A stretch of 64,000 nt of DNA from Podarcis melisellensis (Eukaryota). A model generated the notes under the pieces. That model made no database searches. It saw only the letters and a list, made by a program, of their open reading frames with translations, and was not told the origin of the DNA. The stretch lies in assembly GCA_964234715.1 (NCBI GenBank), contig OZ174282.1, one strand, 5' to 3'. Positions 43,414-58,400 of the stretch are shown in pieces. Each line of letters opens with the position of its first letter. The first letter of the stretch is position 1. Made by a program: the position numbers and the translations under genes.

Positions 43414-46400
43414 TTAAAAAGCAGCAACAACATCATCATCAATAACTTTTTTAAAAAAAATTGACATAGAGGTAGTGGGGGTCTTTGAGGGCATCATTGG
43501 GTGGCGTTCAAGTAAGTTGTACTCAGCTTAGACGTACTGAAAATAATGGACCTCATTAATTTCCATGGGTCTACTGTGAGTAAAACTTAGTTGAATACTA
43601 CCCATTGTATCAAACCAGGGGACCTATGAAAGTGGTAATGTAGGAAAAAATGTTTATTTTTTTGAAATGGAAAATTTGGGATCTTAGAAGATGCCACAAC
43701 AAAGTTTTGGCATCATGGCATTACAGCAGGGGGACCCACAGCAGCAGTCATTTAAAAAAAAAAAGACAAATCTGAGGGGAGGCTCAAAAAACTTTGTGAG
43801 CCAGATGTGACAACCTCCAGTATAAAAGGTTAACCAAGCTAAGGAAAAATCAAAGCATTCACAAAACTGTGGATTAGACAGTCCAATATTTAGTTCTTAC
43901 TGATATGTGTGAGCTGCCCTATAACTTAGTTTTTTCACAATAAGATGTAAGAGTGTCAAGTATTTATTGATCTTAATTATGTTTTTACTAACCTGTAACT
44001 GTAACTGTAACTGTACTCTTGTATGTTGTATCCTGCCTTGTTATACAAGTGTGGATTATATATACTTGAAGAAATAAATAAATGTTGCCTCAAGAAATGA
44101 ACCACTATAAATCTGTCCGGGTAATATTAAGCTTCTGAATAGGGCTGGGCGTTGTTGGGTTCTCAAAATCACAGTATATCACCAGCCAAACATCAAGGTT
44201 TGGCGATAAACTGTGATGTTGTAAAAAGCTGCATTGGCCCCAGCTTGCGAGGTGTTGGATGTAACTGCTGCAGCTGTCACCATGGGGGCTGAGGCGCTTT
44301 CACCTTATTGGCTGTGGCCAATACAGCTGGCTACGGTCTGCTGCTGAGCCGGGGGGGGGGGCCGGAAAGGCTCCTGCCCCTAGCTGAGCGAGCCCTGAGT
44401 CCCCACCGCTCACACACGACCAGCAGGGGGCCCGGGGTTCCTTGGCCAGGCTCTGCTGGGGGTGGGAGGGCACCTGCCCCCAGCGGAGCCAGCCCCGGTG
44501 TCCTTGCCACTCCCGCTACAGCAGCAAGGACCTTGGGGCTCCTTGGCCAGACTGTTGTTTGGTGACATGTGGGCAGGTGACCTACCTTGAATAGGGCGCA
44601 AAGCCACCCTATTCACGCCTTGTGGAAAGGGGCTGCTGGAGCCCCTCTGCCGCCTGGCTGCCTTCTACTGGAAGGGTGGGCTTTGTTTTTCTGGAAGGAA
44701 AGGCACAGCACACCCTCCCAGACAAAGCAGTCAGACGATAGCAGGAGCAGGGTCGGGGTTCTCTCAGCTGGAAAGGGCAGGCTTCCCAGCTGAGCAGCCC
44801 TGATCCCGCTTCTACTCACCAGTGCAGCTTGTTTCTCCCTCTGCCAGGGCAGAGTGCAATGGAAGTTTCACCATCATTGGTGAAACTGCCACCGCTTGAG
44901 TCCCTCTGCCTCCAACTCCCGGCTAGTTTGTTTCTTCCTCAGTGCACTGGGCACTGCAGGCAGAGGGACTCAAAAACAGTGACTTTCACCAGCAATATAC
45001 TGCTGAGTGAAGATGTCATTGCAATCTCCACCCCCCGCCCCCACTACCCGTCCTGGGCGATATATTGATATATTGCCCAGTGCTACTTCTGAACATGGAC
45101 CTACCTATGAAAACAGCACAACACAGCCAAGTAAACTGAGAAAATGTTTTGTTTAACAAATGCAGCATGCTCAGTGCTCAACTTTCACCCATGCCAGGAG
45201 GACACATCAGCCACCCAGCCTGCTGGGTCTATAGTCACGTGAGGTAAAGGAGGTGAGGCAACAGCAGGGAATACAGGCTGCTCCCCTGTGCATAGGGTTG
45301 AGATTATTATGTTTTTGATTAGTTCCCAGCAAAGGTTGTTGCTTGGAGAGGGCAGTTCCCTCAGTTTTCTATTGGGAGAGTGTGTTGCTTGCTTGGATTC
45401 AACATTATGAGAGGTGATGGGCGATCAAGAATGGGGTGGCAAAGAGAAGCAAATATTTAGTCAAAGCTGGCTTTGTGGGCAAGATGGTGGTGAAGGAATT
45501 TAACAGAAGCAGAAGGGAGCAAGACAAGCAGTGCTTGCCCCATTATCCTGCTCCACTGTTTTAGACAATTGTGTTTTTTTAAAAAATGGCAAAACGTTTG
45601 CTGTTGTTGCTGAAGTTTGTAAAGTCTGGTGGTAAATAAAATGCTGTTTCCTCTTACATGGCCACCAGACTTTCCTGTTTTACTGATAACTGTCTGGGTA
45701 AGGTATTCTTGGACATTTGGTATCACTGGGTATTGAGTTATGCCTCAGCCTAGGACTGAAGGCTAGAGAGGTGATAATCTAAAAAGGTGTGATAATGTTG
45801 CTATATGGTGTTGGAGATCAGTGTATTCTGCTAGAGTACTAGCAATCAGGTTATCCTAAAAATAGCAATATCTCCCAATTTTTCATTTTTTGTGTAACCT
45901 TCAGTATTTTATGTAAGTAATTAATGGTGTTTAACATTGGCCTCTTTCCAGTTTATGACTGGATGCTGCCTTTCAAGCAAGTTGTGTATCTAGTCTCACC
46001 AATTATTTTACAGGCCACATTTCTCAATTACATAAAGAGCTTGCATCAAAGTCTACTGAACTCACTACATGCTGATGGTCAAGTCTTAAGATCTGAGCTT
46101 AAACACATCTAGGTATGGACTGACCTCATTTTCCTCCAGTTGCTTATAATTTATTTGGCAATCTGATGGAACCTATTTCCAGCCACTGATCAGCCTAAAT
46201 TTTCCAATTCCCCTGATCTGCCTTCCTTCCTTTGAAAAAGAGAAGGTCAGGGAATTATCCTTTAAAAAGGAAAGAGAACTGCACTATGCTTATTCATCTT
46301 TGCCCTACTCAGCCTAATAACAAGGCAAATTACTCAGTTTGTTCTGGCCTTTTGCTCACATTATAGCTGCTTTTTGTGAGCACATATTAACAAGAAGCAG

Positions 46401-49400
46401 CATTTCACCATTACAAAGTTTTGCAGCAGCTTTGCTCTGTACCCACAAGTAAGGTGGGGTGCCATCCAGTTCCTGGTGCCATCTGAATCTCACAAGGCCT
46501 CCCCTTTGCAGCCTCATCAGTGGTGGCAATCTGCTTCTCTCTCTCTCTTTTTTTTTTGTTTGTTCCCACAGTGCCCAACAATATGTCACTCTGGGGAATT
46601 GTGTGAATGTCAAAATGGCAGCTTCCTATCTACCCACTGGGGCTGTGAGGTGCCCCAGCTCAGTCCTCTTGAGGCAGTGGGGCTTCAGCAGATGCCCAGC
46701 CATGCCCAGGTACTGCTACCAGTACATTCCTACTACTTAACCTTCAATATTAAGACCTGGTAGCCTTGGCTGAAACTTGTCATTGCCATCTTCTCTTGTC
46801 ACATGTGACCGAGTATTCCTGAATAAGGTTTCATCAGTGCATAACCCTTATGTGGTAAGAGTGCAGCACAAATCATACCTACCTTCCCTCCTTCCAACGA
46901 TTTAGGTCAAACACTGCAGTATAAAGCACATCCACTAGTCCCAAAGTCTTCTCTGGATCCAGACTTCTCTGCAGCAGAGACATTGTTGCAGGATCTTCTT
47001 TCAGGCACCTAAGGAAACAATTTTTAATAACAAATCTCCTGTCAACAACACTCACTTTCATACCAAAAATTAATGTCCCTATTTATTTATTTGTTTATTT
47101 AAAGCTTGCCCGAGATTTCCAAAGTAGTAAGTCATAATTACCATGTTGATGGGACTTGAACCACAATTCTGGAACCTTCTAAACTGATTTGTGGCGCATA
47201 TGCTTCTTTGTTTTCAATCTGTGCTGTATCCACAACGACCTATTCAAGAAGAAAAAAGCAGTAAGCGATAGAGTAAGACGTCACTCCCTAAAACTAGCAA
47301 AAGCACCACCCCACTGCTACAGGGGCTGGACATCAGTCTACTGCATTCAACCACTAGGCAAGCAAGAGGGGCACGTGTAGGGAATTTTAATTGGGGTGCG
47401 TGGGTGTAGAAGAATCGTTTCACATTTACTCTGATAAATCCTACAGTGTAACATCTGAAAAGGCCACTGTTAACTAAAAAGAGGAAGGCTTATCTAAAGA
47501 TTTTTCAGCTGCACATGATCTGGGCCTTTCCTTTTGTCCTCCTTTTGGGAGGGTGGAACTACTTGATATCTAGTAAACCATTTTACAGTTCTACCCTCTC
47601 AATTTACTGCCTATGATTATAAAACAAGTTTTCATAATAAGATTATCCTGCATTCTATCTGGACAGTTAAGGTGCTGCAAAATTTGGAATGTTATAAAAA
47701 GGAACAGCTTCCTTGCTATCAGCATAGGACAGGGAGACACTGAGGTCTCAGAAAGAACAACAGAGAAATGCCAAGTTCAGAAGTCCTATTCTATGATCTA
47801 GTGGAAACATTGCCTGCACAATGCCCATACATTTAAAGGCTCTCCTCCATACCCAATGAAGCCTTGAGATCTTAAAGTTCAATTGTGGGAGTGTATATAT
47901 CAGTGGTATTTATTTTCCATATTTTCAGGTAGTTATATACCACTCAATATTCAGGATTTCTAAGTGGCATTGTAGTATATGCCAACAGCATTTCAACGGA
48001 TGAGGAAGCACGTTACCAACTCCTTGTGTTTCATTTATCTAAACAAGCTAATCTCACAGTACAGCCATTTCTCACGCCCAGCCTGGGAAATGACTCCCGA
48101 CTTCCATTGTTCTGGCTTTACAGATGTTTCCTCCATAACACCCACCTAGAGGACAATCTAAACAACGGAAGATAATGTCTCATCGGTACACCAAATTAAA
48201 AGCAATGCAAGTAGAACATAAACATGCAGATATCACTGCTTCTATCCAGCAAAAAAGAGGAGTCTGTGGCAGTTTCTGTCCATCTAATTGAAGTCCCTGC
48301 TCTAGTCACATTATCACATGACTTGGGCCAACATCACATATCAAAAATGTGAATGAGAAGACTGATGGCAAGAGCAGATTTCTTAAGAGTCTGCACAGGC
48401 AGTGTTTTCAAAATGGCAAATTCCAGTTTAAAAGAAATCATAATTGTTGTACAGTACAAGACCACAAAATAGCAGCAGCAGCAGCACTATTTGGGGGGCC
48501 AATTCCTCGACTTCCCATCAACATGGATTTCTTCTCAGAAAGACAGCAAAAGAACACACTGCAATGATCTCTGCAGGTGAAGCAGCTAACTTTCTTGGCT
48601 TGGTACCCCTGGAGGCAAACCACCCCTTACCCCCGCTACTAGAACTAAGGCCCTACTTGCACTTATTCCTTCTTTTCAACCAAGCACTGGTACTTCTCAT
48701 TTTCTTCTACACAAAGGCAACAATTTCAAATCTCAAACACTTGTTTTATTGCTTATGTTATACCTTCCTCCAAGGAGCTCTGAGTGGCATTTCCCCCCTG
48801 AATCTAAACCTAACACTCCAGTTGCTACAACAACTCAGCTCTTGGTTACAGTGACCAGAGTTACTTTGAGACTGAGCAGACAAAGAAAAACTATCCAAAC
48901 GTTGCAATGCCTCTTATTCATTGGAGTCAAGGATCTTGTGCGATAAGGTAGATGGAGATAGTGATTTGTGTGATTCCACACAGGCAAATATGCAAATATG
49001 CAAACAATGAACTTCAGGTTGGGAATATTTTACTCTGTGGAATATAAGTTCCCCAAAACAAAAGGGATCACGGAGAAGTTGGTCAATTAATAGCATAATC
49101 TTATATACAAATATTGAGTGTGGATCTGTATGGAGCCAAATCTGCAGCATCCATGCACAAGAGGAAAGAATCAGCAGGCTGGGCCAAACCCCAAGCTTTG
49201 TAGAGGTACAAAAGCCTATTGGGGATGGGGATGAAAAATGCCCAACGTGAGTTGGTTGTGTTCAGTGGCCATGGGTTACTGACTGTTAGGAGGAAGAAAA
49301 CAGATGGGGAAGGAGGGGGTATGGAATAGGGTATCCTGGAAAAGGACACAGGTGACTGACTGGCATACAAAACAAAGCACTCTACACAGCAACCATCAAC

Positions 49401-52400
49401 TACAGGTTCCAACATATAGATGATGACCCATACGTTTTTCAGAACTAAATTATATTTGCCACATGTCAGCTATCCCCTTCTTTTTACTCTCCTCACATAG
49501 CTGTTCAGCCTGACTCCCTTGCCTCAGAAGACCTTCTGCCTGGAAACCGCTAGCAAAGGAAGATGGTTTCCATCCATGAGCTGAGTATGCTCCAACTGCT
49601 CAGTACCATTACCTGCCTCTAGAGGTTCTCAATGGGAGCTGCCACCTTGCAACTACCTGCTGCCAGCAAAGGAGACATCTCCCCTTCACCATAATGGGCT
49701 GAGTGAGCTCCAGGTGCTTGACCCGACTGCCTTGCCTCAGAGCACCAAAGCAGACTCATTACCTGGCAGCACCAGAGAAGACCAAGGATGAGGGCAGGAA
49801 AGACTGCCTGAACAATCTTGGCACCAAATCGATAAACACATTATTTGGTTTCTTAAATTATGCTTAAACGAGATTATATTGGGCAAATATTTTGGAAGCT
49901 GCCCCGAGATATCCTTGGAGCCGTAAAGAACGATTTAAGTATTCTAAAATCAACACTTGTGCCCTCATGGCTACTTACCAGCCCAGCTTGGCCAAACAAC
50001 AACTGTACAGCCGTCTTACATGCGCCCCGCCATGTAGAAGGGCAAACTTGGTTCAGCACTTCAGTCACAGGAGAGTCATCCCTTGGGGTCACTCCATTAT
50101 GGCAGCCAGCTTCTTTAATTAGTTGTATCATCGTGTGCTGCAAAAACAAGAACACAAAACAAGATTGCTATGCAGGAAGCAAGCAAGTCATGATGATACC
50201 CTTTCCCCACTCCCCCCACCATGCATGAAGGCACTTTGGTAATTAAGCCATATATAAACACCTTACATAAATACTGATGACTGCAGTTATTACTTAAATC
50301 AATGTTCAAGTTATGATGGTTCTAGCCCAACACTTCCCCCTGTGCCTGCTGTTTCCAGTGGTCACCAGCACCCTCATTCCAATGGTGATATCTCTGTTTC
50401 ATACTATATCTGTGTAGATTCCCTGAATTCAGGAGGAAACACACAGCAACCAGGGCTGGGGTTCCAATGGCTTATTAGAAGTAGCATGAGATTATGTGGA
50501 ATGATAAGAAAGGGAAGGCTGCTCAAGAAGAGAGGCGGGGGTTATCAGATCTATTATTACAAAGAGTGCTGTGGCACTCTAAAACATTTTTTTTTTAAAT
50601 GATAGAATAGGTTTTCATGGATTATTTTCCACTTCATTGGATGCATGGATTTTCTAATATGCATGGTAGGTGCCACATATTGGAGAATGGAGGCTTAGAT
50701 GGTCACAGTGTTAAAATATGTATGTGTATTTTTAAAACTTCATATTAGAACCAAATAAAGTCTTAACCCAACTACCAGCTTGCTCAAGAATTTTAGAGTT
50801 GAAGGCAACACACTCTGGCCACTGCCATTGGCCTAGGCCCTTGGGAGGTTGCTTCTCCGCAACTCCCAGAAAGGACATCATTATAAGGGGGAGTGTAGCC
50901 TGGTCTCATCCAGTGCGGAGGAAAAGTTTGTGTCTTCCTCCCTGCTAGACAGAATATTTGGGTCCCGCTGCCAATTGTCCTGGGACTGCAGAAGCAAATG
51001 GAAAGGACACTCTGGTCCCAACCATCGGCCAAAGGAACAAGAGTCACCAACTGCTATTCAAGAGAAGAAGAACAAGGGAAGGTCATCCTGGCCCTAGCTG
51101 GATTATAAATAGCTCACCCACTTCCTTCTGGCCTTAAAGAACTGGCCTCCCTGCTACACTATCTCTTCCCTTCCCTTCCATTGAGTGTGCCTTTGTAAGC
51201 CCAATAAGATATCCCAGCTGTTTTTAAAACTAATGTAAGGCATTTTGTAAGACAACTGTCTGAAAAGAGGGATAAAATGATAGTAAAAAAAATAATTAAA
51301 AAATTACCCAGACGTGATGCAAAAGATACAAAATTAGGACAATCCTGTTTGAAGCTAACTTTTTATGACACAATTCACCATGCTGAAGGTTCAAAACATA
51401 TCTTTGCAGGAAACCTCTTGCACCAAATAGTGGACCAAATCCTCTATCATAAATCACAGTTCCCTTTTTTCAAGCTCTGAGCTGTGGCCGATTTCTTTCC
51501 ATACTAAACCAGGCCAATCCATTCCATACACTGCAAAAAAATGTGGCTGACAAAGAACTAGATGCTCTGGAACAGGTAACTCCAGTGCAGAAAGACTGTG
51601 CCAACATCATCATCATAGTTACAGCAGCTTAGAACTTTGCAAGGAGAGACTTTGCTCTTGGTTGTGGCCATATGTGAGGATCTGTCCTCTGTCTCTCTTT
51701 CACCTCTTCAGACAGAAGTGAGGAGGCACTTCATGACAAGCAGAGTCAACATGTATATAGTCCTACCTCATGTTATGTCCGCTTCAGGTTACGTTCTTTC
51801 AGGTTACATCCAGCAGCGATCCAGAAGTACTGGAAAGGGCTACTTCTGGGTTTCGCCGCTCACGCGTGCACAGAAGCACAAAATGACATCACGCGCATGC
51901 ACAGAAGCGCTGCGGGTTGCACTCTTTTCATGTTGCAAATGGGCCTCCGGAACGGATCCCGTTCGCAACCAGAGGTACCACTGTACACAAAACAAGCTAG
52001 CATGTGGAGGGGAAGGAGGAGCATTTAAGACAACTGCCTCTAACTTCTGGAGAATGCTACCAGTAAGCTTTAAGGAAACAAGACACAAAGCAGAAAAGAT
52101 GCCTCACCGGGGCTGTTAGTCCCTTCAGCCAGAAGGGCTACAATTGGCTGAATGTGACCATTAGCTTTTGGAACACAGTTTCGCTTGCAATCCAGTATCT
52201 TTTAAATACCAAAACACTAAATATTTACTGAATAAACTTGCTAAAGTAGGACAAGGTTTAAAATGCTTGCTTTGCATATCTATCAACATGGAGCTTGCTA
52301 CCAACAAAGAAAATATTACTGGGTTTGATACAGATTTGGGGTACTTACCGTTTTGAGCTTCAGGTTATCTGCCGCCGACTCATTAAAGGATATTCCTTTT

Positions 52401-55400
52401 AGGAAGTGGGCACCTATCTGAACAGGAACTGTGGGGAGCTCACACTGAATGGGTTGAGAAGGGGTCTGTCTCCGGCCAGTCTGCTGGGCTTCAGCATCAC
52501 TGCAACACCCCTTTAGAGACAGAACACCAAAGCAATGTGTCAGGGAGAAATCCATATGTAAGCAATTCAGCTTTATCTACAGTAAACATCTTTGCTGGAA
52601 AAAGATTGGGGGGGGAGGGTGTTTACCTGCAAACTGGCTTCAATAGATTTTGGGTTCAAGTGGAAGCCAGCCTTCATCGCATATTCACAGTGACCCAAAC
52701 TTTCCAATGCAGCTTTATATGCCTGATATTAAATAGATATATGTTTAATGCATCACATACCTGAATTTAAAACAACCACCACCCAATATCATCACAAAAC
52801 CTTCCTAACCTAAAAGAGAAAATAACATCTTCCCCATGATCAGTCACACCCTCCCTTAACTGAGGGGGCAGCTAAAGCTTCCAGAATGTCAGCAGTCTCT
52901 GCTGTTGGCACAGAAGCTCTCATTAAAAAGGACTTGCTCAGCAGCAACCCTACTTAAGTCCTCAGACTGCCCTACATATTTTATTCCATACTCACCCAAA
53001 GGGTGATATAAAGATATAACTAACCTGCAAAGCACTGTCTATTTTCAAGTTCAATTCTTTTAGCTGGTGCTCAGGAATTGCCACACTCTGGGAGCAGAAG
53101 AGTTGCTGGACCTCGATTCCAGCCAAACAGCCATCACAACCCCTTTCTCGTAGCCGTGATGTGGCCTTCAAAGAGGACACAAAAAATGGATAAAACAAAA
53201 TAGCAGTGGCTCAAAAGTGGCAAAATAAACTTTTGAGCCCCATAGTCACTATGGTGAAAGCAAACAGGAAGGGAAGTGGGTTATTTAATCTAGGTTCAGA
53301 ATTTAGTTAAAGTTCTCAATTTAATCATCAGATTCGTATGACTGATTTTTCATTGCAGGGGGAGATACAGCAGGGGGACTGCAATCTTTTAAACAAACTC
53401 ATTAATAAACCCTCATTATGGTAGCCAGCACTACTGTCGAAGTGGGAGGGAGAACTTTGTGTGTGTAGATTACTTTAATTAAATTAATAAATAATTACAG
53501 ATACCAACACATTAAAAATACATATAAATGTTAAGATGAGTATAAGCTGGGAATTATGCATGAAGGTAACTGTACAAAATTCAACCAATATATGCGCATT
53601 CCCTAATGCAGCTAGAGATACCATTTGACTTTACGGAGTACATTATACTCCCAACCACTTGCTGGAACCTCTAGCTTATCATTCTGTGGCCAAAGGCCTG
53701 ATTTTCTGTAGAATTCTTCAGTCTTTTGGTAGTTTTAGAAACCAAAAGGTTACCAACACACAAGCTACAAGTTACCACCACTATGAAAAGTAAAGCCACT
53801 TAGCCAGAACTAAATGTATGTTACCACTTTCAAGCCCTTGAGGTTTTTTTAAAGCTGCTTTGAGGTTTTTTCTTACAATCAAGCAGTATACATTTTTTAT
53901 GAAATATAAATAAATAGGCTATGCTTGGGAGCTACCTAGCAGCACCTGGGTGGAGACAGAACACTGAATTTTGGACTGTTGACCAAATCCAGCAACACAG
54001 CAATTACATCTTTACCTCAGCTGCTCCTCTCCATGACCGCACAGCTTCTTCTAGCTCAATTGTGGGACTTGCACTGGATGTCTCAGCCATATTAGAATTC
54101 TTTCTTTCCTGAGCTACAGCTTCCGTAAAACATGAATGAGCCACTGGTTGGACCTTCTGCAATGCTTGGGATAAAAACTGAAAATGAACCTGCATCACTG
54201 TCAAGAAACATCGTCCAAGTACCTATGAAAATGAAAAAACAAAAGGATATTCTTTCATTCAGTTATTTGTAAGTGTGTTCTGGTGTTTGAACTAAATTTT
54301 CCCATGTGAAAATATCTGATTGACATTCATACAAATACATTATTACCCTACATCTAATCTAAAAATTAATAAAAGCACAAAATGAAGCACTGGTTACTTA
54401 CACTGAAGGCTCCATCCTGTGTAGCATATTGAGGGATCTAACTGAGTTGCCACTCTTCCCACACAATGACCTAAGTTAGTCATGTCCATTAATTTCAAGG
54501 GGTCTACTCTGAGCAGAACTTAGTTGGCTACAACCCAGTATTTTGAGGATTCTGTGGTTAAATGCACTAGACACAATAACTGCAGTAAAGTACATTTGCT
54601 TGCCTCATTTTTGGAGTATGTAGCCTGCACAAGCAGCCGTTCAGTCAGGCTATAAGAGAGGGAGACATGGGCCTCCACGGCCCCTTCCATCTAAAAGACC
54701 AGTAAATTACAGTTCTCTGTAACTAATAGCTTGTTTCCCCACCCCTACCAATTCCTTTTCCTTTTGTGCCTTTTATATTGTATACCCAAGGACAGAGACT
54801 GTATTATCACTGATAACTTTAACTTGCTCTGCAGCCTGTTTCAGCTGAAGAGGGGGATTAAAATGCTTTAAATAAATTTAAATAAGTATTTCAATAAGGC
54901 AAATAGATATACGACTTCTTTTTAGAATACGTTTCCCCTTTTAATAAATTCATTTACTGGCTGAGTTTGTCAAAATGCTAACAGCTAATGCTACTTAAGC
55001 AGAACTGCTGGTGGTAGTGGCTCCCCCTCCCTGCCCATTCCATCTAGTCTCCCTTCAACATTCCTTTATGATTCGATCATTTCCCCTCTTTGTACAAAGT
55101 TTAAACTGAACAGTTTAGGTATGCCGACTGGCCTCTCCAGTGCAGTTTCCTTATTTTAAGAAGTATTCAGCTAGCATACACACACACACATATACGTAAA
55201 AAAAAATTGCAATGGTTAAGCCTGTCAATATGATTCTTATGGAAAGAATGACACTCTGATTCTGGGTTCTTACAGAATTCAGTTTATTTAGGCCAAGGGC
55301 TACTTGTCTCAAATTATTAGTAAATCTTATTTTAAAAGTTGAAACTGATGAGACTCCAGAGCACACTCCAACAGAAAAGCTCCTTTCTTCTGGGGGCCAC

Positions 55401-58400
55401 TGGTTAAGGCAAACAGCAAGAAGACATTTTGCAGTACTGCAGACTATTTTGCAAGATTGCAGAAAGTGCAACTCTAAAAAAGTGATACAAATACAAATCT
55501 ACTGTGTTGGTTCCCTTTCTAAAACATTATAACTAAAGGGGGGTGGGGGTGGCAGCAGCGGTGTAGACTGGTATGGCTTAAGAGCCAGCCTCTGTGCTCA
55601 CCATCCACACCTAACACAGGTGAAGGGAGTTGTTCTCACATTTACACACAAAGCCTGGATAACATAATCAACAAATGGAAGAAACTGCTGCTGCTTCTCA
55701 CCTCCACCAAACTGCAGCACAAGCAAGAACTCAGGGGCAGGGATGTAGGGCTAGGAGTCTCCCCTGTCTAAAATGTTGGGAAGCTGCTCTCAGTAGTAGA
55801 AGACTGAGCTAAATGCAATGGTCTGACTCAGTACCAGGCAGATTTCTGTGTTCCTGTGCTGCTGAACAAAGCAGATTTGTGGACACCAGCTAAAGCGTCC
55901 ATTGAGTGTTTTATAATGTAACAATATAGAACTAGGATGAAATTCTCTCTGCTTCTTTTCCATCTCAGGGCCAATTTTATTATCTGTTACACAATCAGAA
56001 TTGTGACACATGTGTGTTCACATACATTTTTGGCTCCATATGTAAGCAATGGATGTATCCTGGGGCCTGGATTCCTGCAGCATACTGATATAGTGCTTGC
56101 CTCAAACTTTGTGGTGTGCATTCTGGGAACAGGCAGTACTGATACTGTGTACCTGAAAATTTTATAACATGTCATGCAGCCCCAATTTAAAAAGACAACC
56201 CTGTAAGGGCTTTTGAATGTCATCATCTTGCTTACAACATGCTACCAAGAGAAATTAATAGGGAAGTAGGTGAACACTCTTGGGGGCAGCTTTAGACATC
56301 ATGCAGGTCAGAAGCATGAATGACTTGCACTCGTGACTGTCATTCAAAGCTGCAAGATGCACGTCTTCCCGTATTTTGCAACACTACTTTCCCCCTCCAG
56401 GGGGTGGAGACAGACAGGGACGGAAAGAAAAACATACACATCTCCAGGCTTTGGACAAGTCATGGAAATGTTGTGATACAAGCGAGTACAAATGATCATA
56501 TTTCTGCCTCATGCCACATTGAAATACTGTACACCCTAAGAAACAACAGAGGCTTACCAGGACAAAATCTGCTTTTAACAGTGTTTATCACTTCTCTCTT
56601 GTTGAGAAATGAGTGTGCCAATGTGGTGACTGAAGTGCTGAAGACCCATATTCAAAACCCCATTCAGACATGAAGCTGTTAGTGAACTCTACAATGTTCT
56701 CTAACAGCAAAAGCCCACCATCAGGTTGAAAAACTTGTATGTATATTTAGTTGAGCCAAAAGAATGTCCTGCATCTGACTACTTATGCGTGTCCTGTACA
56801 GATGGCAAAGTAGCACATGTGACACAAGCAACTGCAGCTATGCAACCAAAATAAAGTGGCACCTGTCTTTTTTACTTACTGCAGAAATACTTAAAGGCAA
56901 GACGATGTGACAGGAACACACACACAAAACCCCTCAAGATGTAGCTAACAATGGCAATCCTACTGGATAATTCAGCTAAGCTCACTTTCTTAAAAACACA
57001 AAATCCTTTTTCAAAACACATCAGCCAGAGCACAAGTCAGCTGATATGGGAGAAAGTGCTCTGAGATATCTAGGTTCAAACTGTTTGGGGCTTTAAAACG
57101 AAACACTAGGGCCCTAAATTTGGCTCAGAGGTGGACATGTAGCAAGCGATCCCCTTCTAAAACTTTGCAGATATGATTGGAATGATCTTCCCCAATTAAA
57201 TTCCTAGCAGCTGTATTCTGAGCTGACTGTTGCTTCTAGGCAGTTTTCAAAGGCTGCCTCCAAAGGCATCCTGGCACCCTACTCTTCTAGAAGATTATGA
57301 CTCTATCAATAACAGGTTGAAGCCACACACACCCCGCCCTGAACCAAAAACCCCCACATACCCACAGCACCTCTATCTTGTTGGGACTGAGTTGCAGCTT
57401 ATTAACACTCAATTGCAAATTCTAGACAACAGCTCAGCACTTCCACTACCTCACCTGACTAGGAGAAACACAGCATACTGAAAGCACTCTATTCCAAATT
57501 CCCAGATGGCTTTCCCCAATGGCTTCATATAAATATCAAACAGCACTGGAGACAAGATGGAATCCTGCAGGACAAAGCCAGCCATGCTAACTAGAAACTT
57601 CCCAAGGGCATTCAGGAATACATTGGATTCTGTAAGCCTCCAAAAGTGTGTCATGTTCCTGAATCTCCATGCTTGTATTTTTAAACTCATTGCTCCTTTG
57701 AATGCCTAAGCTATCCATTAAGTGAATGGACTCTGCAGTACCATAGTTACATTTAGCTATACTCACCATGGTGCTTCAAAGATTAGATATTGGTTAAATG
57801 GGTTTTTACACCACTCTTCAATAAAGGCTTTCCAATCAGAACACAATAATCAATAGTGGTTTTTGAACGGTACCTGTGCTTATTTTATATACATTTAAGC
57901 TGCAATGTAATTCTCAAATACTTTATTTCCCTCTGAACTTACTATTTACATTTTTCTTTACACCTATGTATGTGTATACCTTGCCAACAAAAGATCACAC
58001 TCCAGTCATCTGATGAAGTGGACTCTAGTCCACAGTTGTGTTTAAGATTCCACAAAACACTGTACATTTAAACGGCTGCTTCTCTTGTGTATATGAGGAT
58101 TTTTTTCTCAGATTATTAGATAAGATATTGCAAGATACCATATCAATTCAATTTTTTGTTTTAAAAATATAAGGCTGTCACTGTCATTTTAAGACACAAG
58201 GCAGACAATAAGAAAGGTGCAGATGTATAATTAATACTTTTTCTATCTTCACTAAAACAGCACAAAAATGGAATGGGCTCCTCCACATGTTGTTGGACTT
58301 CTATAATACAACTGAACCTCTGGTTACGTAAACTTCGGGATGCACGCGTGGCAAACCTGGAAGTATTTTACCGGGTTTCGCCACGCGTGCATGTGTAGAA

